Positions 42,806-58,100 of a DNA stretch of 64,000 bases are shown here, piece by piece. The notes below the pieces were generated by a model. The model did not search any database, was not told where the DNA came from, and saw only the letters and a program-made list of their open reading frames with translations. Source of the stretch: Auanema rhodensis (lineage: Eukaryota > Animalia > Nematoda); contig OZ059896.1 in NCBI GenBank assembly GCA_964057225.1, positions 310,001 to 374,000 of the forward strand, written 5' to 3'. Both the position numbers and the translations under genes were made by a program. How positions within the stretch are numbered: the stretch's first letter is position 1; each line of letters begins with the position of its first letter.

Positions 42806-45800
42806 ATATCAATAAAAATTTGTTTTTAGACTAATATGGACATGGGGAATCTAATTTTGAAAACCGCATCTCTTTATCTTTCACGTGAAGCGAGTTACAT
42901 ACCAAGTGCACATCACGTGTACATTTATTTAGCATAAATTAAAGTTCACGTAAATTTCAAAGTCATGGTTACCATGAAGCAATATCAATAAAAATTCGTT
43001 TTTAGACTAATATGGACATGGGGAATCTAATTTTGAAAACCGCATCTCTTTATCTTTCACGTGAAGCGAGTTACATACCAAGTGCACATCACGTGTACAT
43101 TTAATTAGCATAAATTAAAGTTCACGTAAATTTCAAAGTCATGGTTACCATGAAGCAATATCAATAAAAATTTGTTTTTAGACTAATATGGACATGGGAA
43201 ATCTAATTTTGAAAACCGCATCTCTTTATCTTTCACGTGAAGCGAGTTACATACCAAGTGCACATCACGTGTACATTTAATTAGCATAAATTAAAGTTCA
43301 CGTAAATTTCAAAGTCATGGTTACCATGCACCAATATCAATAAAAATTTGTTTTTAGACTAATATGGACATGGGGAATCTAATTTTGAAAACCGCATCTC
43401 TTTATCTTTCACGTGAAGCGAGTTACATACCAAGTGCACATCACGTGTACATTTAATTAGCATAAATTAAAGTTCACGTAAATTTCAAAGTCATGGTTAC
43501 CATGAACCAATATCAATAAAAATTTGTTTTTAGACTAATATGGACATGGGGAATCTAATTTTGAAAACCGCATCTCTTTATCTTTCACGTGAAGCGAGTT
43601 ACATACCAAGTGCACATCACGTGTACATTTAATTAGCATAAATTAAAGTTCACGTAAATTTCAAAGTCATGGTTACCATGCACCAATATCACTAAAAATT
43701 TGTTTTTAGACTAATATGGACATGGGGAATCTAATTTTGAAAACCGCATCTCTTTATCTTTCACGTGAAGCGAGTTACATACCAAGTGCACATCACGTGT
43801 ACATTTAATTAGCATAAATTAAAGTTCACGTAAATTTCAAAGTCATGGTTACCATGAACCAATATCAAAAAAAATTTGTTTTTAGACTAATATGGACATG
43901 GGGAATCTAATTTTGAAAACCGCATCTCTTTATCTTTCACGTGAAGCGAGTTACATACCAAGTGCACATCACGTGTACATTTAATTAGCATAAATTAAAG
44001 TTCACGTAAATTTCAAAGTCATGGTTACCATGAACCAATATCAATAAAAATTTGTTTTTAGACTAATATGGACATGGGGAATCTAATTTTGAAAACCGCA
44101 TCTCTTTATCTTTCACGTGAAGCGAGTTACATACCAAGTGCACATCACGTGTACATTTAATTAGCATAAATTAAAGTTCACGTAAATTTCAAAGTCATGG
44201 TTACCATGCACCAATATCAATAAAAATTTGTTTTTAGACTAATATGGACATGGGGAATCTAATTTTGAAAACCGCATCTCTTTATCTTTCACGTGAAGCG
44301 AGTTACATACCAAGTGCACATCACGTGTACATTTAATTAGCATAAATTAAAGTTCACGTAAATTTCAAAGTCATGGTTACCATGAACCAATATCAAAAAA
44401 AATTTGTTTTTAGACTAATATGGACATGGGGAATCTAATTTTGAAAACCGCATCTCTTTATCTTTCACGTGAAGCGAGTTACATACCAAGTGCACATCAC
44501 GTGTACATTTAATTAGCATAAATTAAAGTTCACGTAAATTTCAAAGTCATGGTTACCATGAACCAATATCAATAAAAATTTGTTTTTAGACTAATATGGA
44601 CATGGGGAATCTAATTTTGAAAACCGCATCTCTTTATCTTTCACGTGAAGCGAGTTACATACCAAGTGCACATCACGTGTACATTTAATTAGCATAAATT
44701 AAAGTTCACGTAAATTTCAAAGTCATGGTTACCATGCACCAATATCAATAAAAATTTGTTTTTAGACTAATATGGACATGGGGAATCTAATTTTGAAAAC
44801 CGCATCTCTTTATCTTTCACGTGAAGCGAGTTACATACCAAGTGCACATCACGTATACATTTATTTAGCATAAATTAAAGTTCACGTAAATTTCAAAGTC
44901 ATGGTTACCATGAAGCAATATCAATAAAAATTCGTTTTTAGACTAATATGGACATGGGGAATCTAATTTTGAAAACCGCATCTCTTTATCTTTCACGTGA
45001 AGCGAGTTACATACCAAGTGCACATCACGTGTACATTTAATTAGCATAAATTAAAGTTCACGTAAATTTCAAAGTCATGGTTACCATGAAGCAATATCAA
45101 TAAAAATTTGTTTTTAGACTAATATGGACATGGGAAATCTAATTTTGAAAACCGCATCTCTTTATCTTTCACGTGAAGCGAGTTACATACCAAGTGCACA
45201 TCACGTGTACATTTAATTAGCATAAATTAAAGTTCACGTAAATTTCAAAGTCATGGTTACCATGCACCAATATCAATAAAAATTTGTTTTTAGACTAATA
45301 TGGACATGGGGAATCTAATTTTGAAAACCGCATCTCTTTATCTTTCACGTGAAGCGAGTTACATACCAAGTGCACATCACGTGTACATTTAATTAGCATA
45401 AATTAAAGTTCACGTAAATTTCAAAGTCATGGTTACCATGAACCAATATCAATAAAAATTTGTTTTTAGACTAATATGGACATGGGGAATCTAATTTTGA
45501 AAACCGCATCTCTTTATCTTTCACGTGAAGCGAGTTACATACCAAGTGCACATCACGTGTACATTTAATTAGCATAAATTAAAGTTCACGTAAATTTCAA
45601 AGTCATGGTTACCATGCACCAATATCACTAAAAATTTGTTTTTAGACTAATATGGACATGGGGAATCTAATTTTGAAAACCGCATCTCTTTATCTTTCAC
45701 GTGAAGCGAGTTACATACCAAGTGCACATCACGTGTACATTTAATTAGCATAAATTAAAGTTCACGTAAATTTCAAAGTCATGGTTACCATGAACCAATA

Positions 45801-46677
45801 TCAAAAAAAATTTGTTTTTAGACTAATATGGACATGGGGAATCTAATTTTGAAAACCGCATCTCTTTATCTTTCACGTGAAGCGAGTTACATACCAAGTG
45901 CACATCACGTGTACATTTAATTAGCATAAATTAAAGTTCACGTAAATTTCAAAGTCATGGTTACCATGAACCAATATCAATAAAAATTTGTTTTTAGACT
46001 AATATGGACATGGGGAATCTAATTTTGAAAACCGCATCTCTTTATCTTTCACGTGAAGCGAGTTACATACCAAGTGCACATCACGTGTACATTTAATTAG
46101 CATAAATTAAAGTTCACGTAAATTTCAAAGTCATGGTTACCATGCACCAATATCAATAAAAATTTGTTTTTAGACTAATATGGACATGGGGAATCTAATT
46201 TTGAAAACCGCATCTCTTTATCTTTCACGTGAAGCGAGTTACATACCAAGTGCACATCACGTGTACATTTAATTAGCATAAATTAAAGTTCACGTAAATT
46301 TCAAAGTCATGGTTACCATGAACCAATATCAAAAAAAATTTGTTTTTAGACTAATATGGACATGGGGAATCTAATTTTGAAAACCGCATCTCTTTATCTT
46401 TCACGTGAAGCGAGTTACATACCAAGTGCACATCACGTGTACATTTAATTAGCATAAATTAAAGTTCACGTAAATTTCAAAGTCATGGTTACCATGAACC
46501 AATATCAATAAAAATTTGTTTTTAGACTAATATGGACATGGGGAATCTAATTTTGAAAACCGCATCTCTTTATCTTTCACGTGAAGCGAGTTACATACCA
46601 AGTGCACATCACGTGTACATTTAATTAGCATAAATTAAAGTTCACGTAAATTTCAAAGTCATGGTTACCATGCACCA
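42806..46677 (+). repeat. Local higher-order duplication: 11 monomers (1936 bp) x2
   Basis: TTATTTAG at about 42925/44861, then ATTCGTT, GGGAAAT, CACTAAA (about 43690/45626) and CAAAAAAA in the same order. Confidence 0.82.
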
Positions 46678-49600
46678 ATATCAATAAAAATTTGTTTTTA
46701 GACTAATATGGACATGGGGAATCTAATTTTGAAAACCGCATCTCTTTATCTTTCACGTGAAGCGAGTTACATACCAAGTGCACATCACGTGTACATTTAA
46801 TTAGCATAAATTAAAGTTCACGTAAATTTCAAAGTCATGGTTACCATGCACCAATATCAATAAAAATTTGTTTTTAGACTAATATGGACATGGGGAATCT
46901 AATTTTGAAAACCGCATCTCTTTATCTTTCACGTGAAGCGAGTTACATACCAAGTGCACATCACGTGTACATTTAATTAGCATAAATTAAAGTTCACGTA
47001 AATTTCAAAGTCATGGTTACCATGAACCAATATCAAAAAAAATTTGTTTTTAGACTAATATGGACATGGGGAATCTAATTTTGAAAACCGCATCTCTTTA
47101 TCTTTCACGTGAAGCGAGTTACATACCAAGTGCACATCACGTGTACATTTAATTAGCATAAATTAAAGTTCACGTAAATTTCAAAGTCATGGTTACCATG
47201 CACAAATATCAATAAAAATTTGTTTTTAGACTAATATGGACATGGGGAATCTAATTTTGAAAACCGCATCTCTTTATCTTTCACGTGAAGCGAGTTACAT
47301 ACCAAGTGCACATCACGTGTACATTTAATTAGCATAAATTAAAGTTCACGTAAATTTCAAAGTTATGGTTACCATGCACCAATATCAATAAAAATTTGTT
47401 TTTAGACTAATATGGACATGGGGAATCTAATTTTGAAAACCGCATCTCTTTATCTTTCACGTGAAGCGAGTTACATACCAAGTGCACATCACGTGTACAT
47501 TTATTTAGCATAAATTAAAGTTCACGTAAATTTCAAAGTCATGGTTACCATGAAGCAATATCAATAAAAATTTGTTTTTAGACTAATATGGACATGGGGA
47601 ATCTAATTTTGAAAACCGCATCTCTTTATCTTTCACGTGAAGCGAGTTACATACCAAGTGCACATCACGTGTACATTTAATTAGCATAAATTAAAGTTCA
47701 CGTAAATTTCAAAGTCATGGTTACCATGAAGCAATATCAATAAAAATTTGTTTTTAGACTAATATGGACATGGGAAATCTAATTTTGAAAACCGCATCTC
47801 TTTATCTTTCACGTGAAGCGAGTTACATACCAAGTGCACATCACGTGTACATTTAATTAGCATAAATTAAAGTTCACGTAAATTTCAAAGTCATGGTTAC
47901 CATGCACCAATATCAATAAAAATTTGTTTTTAGACTAATATGGACATGGGGAATCTAATTTTGAAAACCGCATCTCTTTATCTTTCACGTGAAGCGAGTT
48001 ACATACCAAGTGCACATCACGTGTACATTTAATTAGCATAAATTAAAGTTCACGTAAATTTCAAAGTCATGGTTACCATGAACCAATATCAATAAAAATT
48101 TGTTTTTAGACTAATATGGACATGGGGAATCTAATTTTGAAAACCGCATTTCTTTATCTTTCACGTGAAGCGAGTTACATACCAAGTGCACATCACGTGT
48201 ACATTTAATTAGCATAAATTAAAGTTCACGTAAATTTCAAAGTCATGGTTACCATGCACCAATATCACTAAAAATTTGTTTTTAGACTAATATGGACATG
48301 GGGAATCTAATTTTGAAAACCGCATCTCTTTATCTTTCACGTGAAGCGAGTTACATACCAAGTGCACATCACGTGTACATTTAATTAGCATAAATTAAAG
48401 TTCACGTAAATTTCAAAGTCATGGTTACCATGCACCAATATCAATAAAAATTTGTTTTTAGACTAATATGGACATGGGGAATCTAATTTTGAAAACCGCA
48501 TCTCTTTATCTTTCACGTGAAGCGAGTTACATACCAAGTGCACATCACGTGTACATTTAATTAGCATAAATTAAAGTTCACGTAAATTTCAAAGTCATGG
48601 TTACCATGAACCAATATCAATAAAAATTTGTTTTTAGACTAATATGGACATGGGAAATCTAATTTTGAAAACCGCATCTCTTTATCTTTCACGTGAAGCG
48701 AGTTACATACCAAGTGCACATCACGTGTACATTTAATTAGCATAAATTAAAGTTCACGTAAATTTCAAAGCCATGGTTACCATGAACCAATATCAATAAA
48801 AATTTGTTTTTAGACTAATATGGACATGGGGAATCTAATTTTGAAAACCGCATCTCTTTATCTTTCACGTGAAGCGAGTTACATACCAAGTGCACATCAC
48901 GTGTACATTTAATTAGCATAAATTAAAGTTCACGTAAATTTCAAAGTCATGGTGACCATGCACCAATATCAATAAAAATTTGTTTTTAGACTAATATGGA
49001 CATGGGGAATCTAATTTTGAAAACCGCATCTCTTTATCTTTCACGTGAAGCGAGTTACATACCAAGTGCACATCACGTGTACATTTAATTAGCATAAATT
49101 AAAGTTCACGTAAATTTCAAAGTTATGGTTACCATGCACCAATATCAATAAAAATTTGTTTTTAGACTAATATGGACATGGGGAATCTAATTTTGAAAAC
49201 CGCATCTCTTTATCTTTCACGTGAAGCGAGTTACATACCAGGTGCACATCACGTGTACATTTAATTAGCATAAATTAAAGTTCACGTAAATTTCAAAGTC
49301 ATGGTTACCATGCACCAATATCAATAAAAACTTGTTTTTAGACTAATATGGACATGGGAAATCTAATTTTGAAAACCGCATCTCTTTATCTTTCACGTGA
49401 AGCGAGTTACATACCAAGTGCACATCACGTGTACATTTAATTAGCATAAATTAAAGTTCACGTAAATTTCAAAGTCATGGTTACCATGAACCAATATCAA
49501 TAAAAATTTGTTTTTAGACTAATATGGACATGGGGAATCTAATTTTGAAAACCGCATCTCTTTATCTTTCACGTGAAGCGAGTTACATACCAAGTGCACA

Positions 49601-52133
49601 TCACGTGTACATTTAATTAGCATAAATTAAAGTTCACGTAAATTTCAAAGTCATGGTTACCATGCACCAATATCAATAAAAATTTGTTTTTAGACTAATA
49701 TGGACATGGGGAATCTAATTTTGAAAACCGCATCTCTTTATCTTTCACGTGAAGCGAGTTACATACCAAGTGCACATCACGTGTACATTTAATTAGCATA
49801 AATTAAAGTTCACGTAAATTTCAAAGTCATGGTTACCATGAACCAATATCAAAAAAAATTTGTTTTTAGACTAATATGGACATGGGGAATCTAATTTTGA
49901 AAACCGCATCTCTTTATCTTTCACGTGAAGCGAGTTACATACCAAGTGCACATCACGTGTACATTTAATTAGCATAAATTAAAGTTCACGTAAATTTCAA
50001 AGTCATGGTTACCATGAACCAATATCAATAAAAATTTGTTTTTAGACTAATATGGACATGGGGAATCTAATTTTGAAAACCGCATCTCTTTATCTTTCAC
50101 GTGAAGCGAGTTACATACCAAGTGCACATCACGTGTACATTTAATTAGCATAAATTAAAGTTCACGTAAATTTCAAAGTCATGGTTACCATGCACCAATA
50201 TCAATAAAAATTTGTTTTTAGACTAATATGGACATGGGGAATCTAATTTTGAAAACCGCATCTCTTTATCTTTCACGTGAAGCGAGTTACATACCAAGTG
50301 CACATCACGTGTACATTTAATTAGCATAAATTAAAGTTCACGTAAATTTCAAAGTCATGGTTACCATGCACCAATATCAATAAAAATTTGTTTTTAGACT
50401 AATATGGACATGGGGAATCTAATTTTGAAAACCGCATCTCTTTATCTTTCACGTGAAGCGAGTTACATACCAAGTGCACATCACGTGTACATTTAATTAG
50501 CATAAATTAAAGTTCACGTAAATTTCAAAGTCATGGTTACCATGAACCAATATCAAAAAAAATTTGTTTTTAGACTAATATGGACATGGGGAATCTAATT
50601 TTGAAAACCGCATCTCTTTATCTTTCACGTGAAGCGAGTTACATACCAAGTGCACATCACGTGTACATTTAATTAGCATAAATTAAAGTTCACGTAAATT
50701 TCAAAGTCATGGTTACCATGCACAAATATCAATAAAAATTTGTTTTTAGACTAATATGGACATGGGGAATCTAATTTTGAAAACCGCATCTCTTTATCTT
50801 TCACGTGAAGCGAGTTACATACCAAGTGCACATCACGTGTACATTTAATTAGCATAAATTAAAGTTCACGTAAATTTCAAAGTTATGGTTACCATGCACC
50901 AATATCAATAAAAATTTGTTTTTAGACTAATATGGACATGGGGAATCTAATTTTGAAAACCGCATCTCTTTATCTTTCACGTGAAGCGAGTTACATACCA
51001 AGTGCACATCACGTGTACATTTATTTAGCATAAATTAAAGTTCACGTAAATTTCAAAGTCATGGTTACCATGAAGCAATATCAATAAAAATTTGTTTTTA
51101 GACTAATATGGACATGGGGAATCTAATTTTGAAAACCGCATCTCTTTATCTTTCACGTGAAGCGAGTTACATACCAAGTGCACATCACGTGTACATTTAA
51201 TTAGCATAAATTAAAGTTCACGTAAATTTCAAAGTCATGGTTACCATGAAGCAATATCAATAAAAATTTGTTTTTAGACTAATATGGACATGGGAAATCT
51301 AATTTTGAAAACCGCATCTCTTTATCTTTCACGTGAAGCGAGTTACATACCAAGTGCACATCACGTGTACATTTAATTAGCATAAATTAAAGTTCACGTA
51401 AATTTCAAAGTCATGGTTACCATGCACCAATATCAATAAAAATTTGTTTTTAGACTAATATGGACATGGGGAATCTAATTTTGAAAACCGCATCTCTTTA
51501 TCTTTCACGTGAAGCGAGTTACATACCAAGTGCACATCACGTGTACATTTAATTAGCATAAATTAAAGTTCACGTAAATTTCAAAGTCATGGTTACCATG
51601 AACCAATATCAATAAAAATTTGTTTTTAGACTAATATGGACATGGGGAATCTAATTTTGAAAACCGCATTTCTTTATCTTTCACGTGAAGCGAGTTACAT
51701 ACCAAGTGCACATCACGTGTACATTTAATTAGCATAAATTAAAGTTCACGTAAATTTCAAAGTCATGGTTACCATGCACCAATATCACTAAAAATTTGTT
51801 TTTAGACTAATATGGACATGGGGAATCTAATTTTGAAAACCGCATCTCTTTATCTTTCACGTGAAGCGAGTTACATACCAAGTGCACATCACGTGTACAT
51901 TTAATTAGCATAAATTAAAGTTCACGTAAATTTCAAAGTCATGGTTACCATGCACCAATATCAATAAAAATTTGTTTTTAGACTAATATGGACATGGGGA
52001 ATCTAATTTTGAAAACCGCATCTCTTTATCTTTCACGTGAAGCGAGTTACATACCAAGTGCACATCACGTGTACATTTAATTAGCATAAATTAAAGTTCA
52101 CGTAAATTTCAAAGTCATGGTTACCATGAACCA
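45974..52133 (+). repeat. Block of about 15 monomers duplicated at a 20-monomer offset (3520 bp)
   Basis: GCACAAA at about 47200/50720, TTATTTAG at about 47501/51021, GCATTTC at about 48146/51666 and CACTAAA at about 48266/51786. Confidence 0.82.
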
Positions 52134-55100
52134 ATATCAAAAAAAATTTGTATTTAGACTAATATGGACATGGAAAATCTAATTTTGAAAACCGCATCTC
52201 TTTATCTTTCACGTGAAGCGAGTTACATACCAAGTGCACATCACGTGTACATTTAATTAGCATAAATTAAAGTTCACGTAAATTTCAAAGTCATGGTTAC
52301 CATGCACCAATATCAATAAAAATTTGTATTTAGACTAATATGGACATGGAAAATCTAATTTTGAAAACCGCATCTCTTTATCTTTCACGTGAAGCGAGTT
52401 ACATACCAAGTGCACATCACGTGTACATTTAATTAGCATAAATTAAAGTTCACGTAAATTTCAAAGTCATGGTTACCATGCACCAATATCAATAAAAATT
52501 TGTATTTAGACTAATATGGACATGGGAAATCTAATTTTGAAAACCGCATCTCTTTATCTTTCACGTGAAGCGAGTTACATACCAAGTGCACATCACGTGT
52601 ACATTTAATTAGCATAAATTAAAGTTCACGTAAATTTCAAAGTCATGGTTACCATGCACCAATATCACTAAAAATTTGTTTTTAGACTAATATGGACATG
52701 GGGAATCTAATTTTGAAAACCGCATCTCTTTATCTTTCACGTGAAGCGAGTTACATACCAAGTGCACATCACGTGTACATTTAATTAGCATAAATTAAAG
52801 TTCACGTAAATTTCAAAGCCATGGTTACCATGAACCAATATCAATAAAAATTTGTTTTTAGACTAATATGGACATGGGGAATCTAATTTTGAAAACCGCA
52901 TCTCTTTATCTTTCACGTGAAGCGAGTTACATACCAAGTGCACATCACGTGTACATTTAATTAGCATAAATTAAAGTTCACGTAAATTTCAAAGTCATGG
53001 TGACCATGCACCAATATCAATAAAAATTTGTTTTTAGACTAATATGGACATGGGGAATCTAATTTTGAAAACCGCATCTCTTTATCTTTCACGTGAAGCG
53101 AGTTACATACCAAGTGCACATCACGTGTACATTTAATTAGCATAAATTAAAGTTCACGTAAATTTCAAAGTTATGGTTACCATGCACCAATATCAATAAA
53201 AATTTGTTTTTAGACTAATATGGACATGGGGAATCTAATTTTGAAAACCGCATCTCTTTATCTTTCACGTGAAGCGAGTTACATACCAAGTGCACATCAC
53301 GTGTACATTTAATTAGCATAAATTAAAGTTCACGTAAATTTCAAAGTCATGGTTACCATGCACCAATATCAATAAAAACTTGTTTTTAGACTAATATGGA
53401 CATGGGAAATCTAATTTTGAAAACCGCATCTCTTTATCTTTCACGTGAAGCGAGTTACATACCAAGTGCACATCACGTGTACATTTAATTAGCATAAATT
53501 AAAGTTCACGTAAAATTCAAAGTCATGGTTACCATGCACCAATATCAATAAAAATTTGTTTTTAGACTAATATGGACAAGGGGAATCTAATTTTGAAAAC
53601 CGCATCTCTTTATCTTTCACGTGAAGCGAGTTACATACCAAGTGCACATCACGTGTACATTTAATTAGCATAAATTAAAGTTCACGTAAATTTCAAAGTC
53701 ATGGTTACCATGCACCAATATCAATAAAAATTTGTTTTCAGACTAATATGGACATGGGGAATCTAATTTTGAAAACCGCATCTCTTTATCTTTCACGTGA
53801 AGCGAGTTACATACCAAGTGCACATCACGTGTACATTTAATTAGCATAAATTAAAGTTCACGTAAATTTCAAAGTCATGGTTACCATGAACCAATATCAA
53901 TAAAAATTTGTTTTTAGACTAATATGGACATGGGGAATCTAATTTTGAAAACCGCATCTCTTTATCTTTCACGTGAAGCGAGTTACATACCAAGTGCACA
54001 TCACGTGTACATTTAATTAGCATAAATTAAAGTTCACGTAAATTTCAAAGTCATGGTTACCATGAAGCAATATCAATAAAAATTCGTTTTTAGACTAATA
54101 TGGACATGGGGAATCTAATTTTGAAAACCGCATCTCTTTATCTTTCACGTGAAGCGAGTTACATACCAAGTGCACATCACGTGTACATTTAATTAGCATA
54201 AATTAAAGTTCACGTAAATTTCAAAGTCATGGTTACCATGCACCAATATCAATAAAAATTTGTTTTTAGACTAATATGGACATGGGGAATCTAATTTTGA
54301 AAACCGCATCTCTTTATCTTTCACGTGAAGCGAGTTACATACCAAGTGCACATCACGTGTACATTTAATTAGCATAAATTAAAGTTCACGTAAATTTCAA
54401 AGTCATGGTTACCATGAACCAATATCAATAAAAATTTGTTTTTAGACTAATATGGACATGGGGAATCTAATTTTGAAAACCGCATCTCTTTATCTTTCAC
54501 GTGAAGCGAGTTACATACCAAGTGCACATCACGTGTACATTTAATTAGCATAAATTAAAGTTCACGTAAATTTCAAAGTTATGGTTACCATGCACCAATA
54601 TCAATAAAAATTTGTTTTTAGACTAATATGGACATGGGGAATCTAATTTTGAAAACCGCATCTCTTTATCTTTCACGTGAAGCGAGTTACATACCAAGTG
54701 CACATCACGTGTACATTTAATTAGCATAAATTAAAGTTCACGTAAATTTCAAAGTCATGGTTACCATGCACCAATATCAATAAAAACTTGTTTTTAGACT
54801 AATATGGACATGGGGAATCTAATTTTGAAAACCGCATCTCTTTATCTTTCACGTGAAGCGAGTTACATACCAAGTGCACATCACGTGTACATTTAATTAG
54901 CATAAATTAAAGTTCACGTAAATTTCAAAGTTATGGTTACCATGCACCAATATCAATAAAAATTTGTTTTTAGACTAATATGGACATGGGGAATCTAATT
55001 TTGAGAACCGCATCTCTTTATCTTTCACGTGAAGCGAGTTACATACCAAGTGCACATCACGTGTACATTTAATTAGCATAAATTAAAGTTCACGTAAATT

Positions 55101-58100
55101 TCAAAGTCATGGTTACCATGAACCAATATCAATAAAAATTTGTTTTTAGACTAATATGGACATGGGGAATCTAATTTTGAAAACCGCATCTCTTTATCTT
55201 TCACGTGAAGCGAGTTACATACCAAGTGCACATCACGTGTACATTTAATTAGCATAAATTAAAGTTCACGTAAATTTCAAAGTCATGGTTACCATGAACC
55301 AATATCAATAAAAATTTGTTTTTAGACTAATATGGACATGGGGAATCTAATTTTGAAAACCGCATCTCTTTATCTTTCACGTGAAGCGAGTTACATACCA
55401 AGTGCACATCACGTGTACATTTAATTAGCATAAATTAAAGTTCACGTAAATTTCAAAGTCATGGTTACCATGAAGCAATATCAATAAAAATTCGTTTTTA
55501 GACTAATATGGACATGGGGAATCTAATTTTGAAAACCGCATCTCTTTATCTTTCACGTGAAGCGAGTTACATACCAAGTGCACATCACGTGTACATTTAA
55601 TTAGCATAAATTAAAGTTCACGTAAATTTCAAAGTCATGGTTACCATGCACCAATATCAATAAAAATTTGTTTTTAGACTAATATGGACATGGGGAATCT
55701 AATTTTGAAAACCGCATCTCTTTATCTTTCACGTGAAGCGAGTTACATACCAAGTGCACATCACGTGTACATTTAATTAGCATAAATTAAAGTTCACGTA
55801 AATTTCAAAGTCATGGTTACCATGAACCAATATCAATAAAAATTTGTTTTTAGACTAATATGGACATGGGGAATCTAATTTTGAAAACCGCATCTCTTTA
55901 TCTTTCACGTGAAGCGAGTTACATACCAAGTGCACATCACGTGTACATTTAATTAGCATAAATTAAAGTTCACGTAAATTTCAAAGTCATGGTTACCATG
56001 CACCAATATCAATAAAAATTTGTTTTTAGACTAATATGGACATGGGGAATCTAATTTTGAAAACCGCATCTCTTTATCTTTCACGTGAAGCGAGTTACAT
56101 ACCAAGTGCACATCACGTGTACATTTAATTAGCATAAATTAAAGTTCACGTAAATTTCAAAGTCATGGTTACCATGCACCAATATCAATAAAAATTTGTT
56201 TTTAGACTAATATGGACATGGAGAATCTAATTTTGAAAACCGCATCTCTTTATCTTTCACGTGAAGCGAGTTACATACCAAGTGCACATCACGTGTACAT
56301 TTAATTAGCATAAATTAAAGTTCACGTAAATTTCAAAGTCATGGTTACCATGCACCAATATCAATAAAAATTTGTTTTTAGACTAATATGGACATGGGGA
56401 ATCTAATTTTGAAAACCGCATCTCTTTATCTTTCACGTGAAGCGAGTTACATACCAAGTGCACATCACGTGTACATTTAATTAGCATAAATTAAAGTTCA
56501 CGTAAATTTCAAAGTTATGGTTACCATGCACCAATATCAATAAAAATTTGTTTTTAGACTAATATGGACATGGGGAATCTAATTTTGAAAACGGCATCTC
56601 TTTATCTTTCACGTGAAGCGAGTTACATACCAAGTGCACATCACGTGTACATTTATTTAGCATAAATTAAAGTTCACGTAAATTTCAAAGTCATGGTTAC
56701 CATGAAGCAATATCAATAAAAATTTGTTTTTAGACTAATATGGACATGGGGAATCTAATTTTGAAAACCGCATCTCTTTATCTTTCACGTGAAGCGAGTT
56801 ACATACCAAGTGCACATCACGTGTACATTTAATTAGCATAAATTAAAGTTCACGTAAATTTCAAAGTCATGGTTACCATGCACCAATATCAATAAAAATT
56901 TGTTTTTAGACTAATATGGACATGGGGAATCTAATTTTGAAAACCGCATCTTTTTATCTTTCACGTGAAGCGAGTTACATACCAAGTGCACATCACGTGT
57001 ACATTTAATTAGCATAAATTAAAGTTCACGTAAATTTCAAAGTTATGGTTACCATGCACCAATATCAATAAAAATTTGTTTTTAGACTAATATGGACATG
57101 GGGAATCTAATTTTGAAAACCGCATCTCTTTATCTTTCACGTGAAGCGAGTTACATACCAAGTGCACATCACGTGTACATTTAATTAGCATAAATTAAAG
57201 TTCACGTAAATTTCAAAGTCATGGTTACCATGAACCAATATCAATAAAAATTTGTTTTTAGACTAATATGGACATGGGGAATCTGATTTTGAAAACCGCA
57301 TCTCTTTATCTTTCACGTGAAGCGAGTTACATACCAAGTGCACATCACGTGTACATTTAATTAGCATAAATTAAAGTTCACGTAAATTTCAAAGTCATGG
57401 TTACCATGAAGCAATATCAATAAAAATTTGTTTTTAGACTAATATGGACATGGGGAATCTAATTTTGAAAACCGCATCTCTTTATCTTTCACGTGAAGCG
57501 AGTTACATACCAAGTGCACATCACGTGTACATTTAATTAGCATAAATTAAAGTTCACGTAAATTTCAAAGTCATGGTTACCATGAAGCAATATCAATAAA
57601 AATTCGTTTTTAGACTAATATGGACATGGGGAATCTAATTTTGAAAACCGCATCTCTTTATCTTTCACGTGAAGCGAGTTACATACCAAGTGCACATCAC
57701 GTGTACATTTAATTAGCATAAATTAAAGTTCACGTAAATTTCAAAGTCATGGTTACCATGAAGCAATATCAATAAAAATTTGTTTTTAGACTAATATGGA
57801 CATGGGGAATCTAATTTTGAAAACCGCATCTCTTTATCTTTCACGTGAAGCGAGTTACATACCAAGTGCACATCACGTGTACATTTAATTAGCATAAATT
57901 AAAGTTCACGTAAATTTCAAAGTCATGGTTACCATGAACCAATATCAATAAAAATTTGTTTTTAGACTAATATGGACATGGGGAATCTAATTTTGAAAAC
58001 CGCATCTCTTTATCTTTCACGTGAAGCGAGTTACATACCAAGTGCACATCACGTGTACATTTAATTAGCATAAATTAAAGTTCACGTAAATTTCAAAGTC

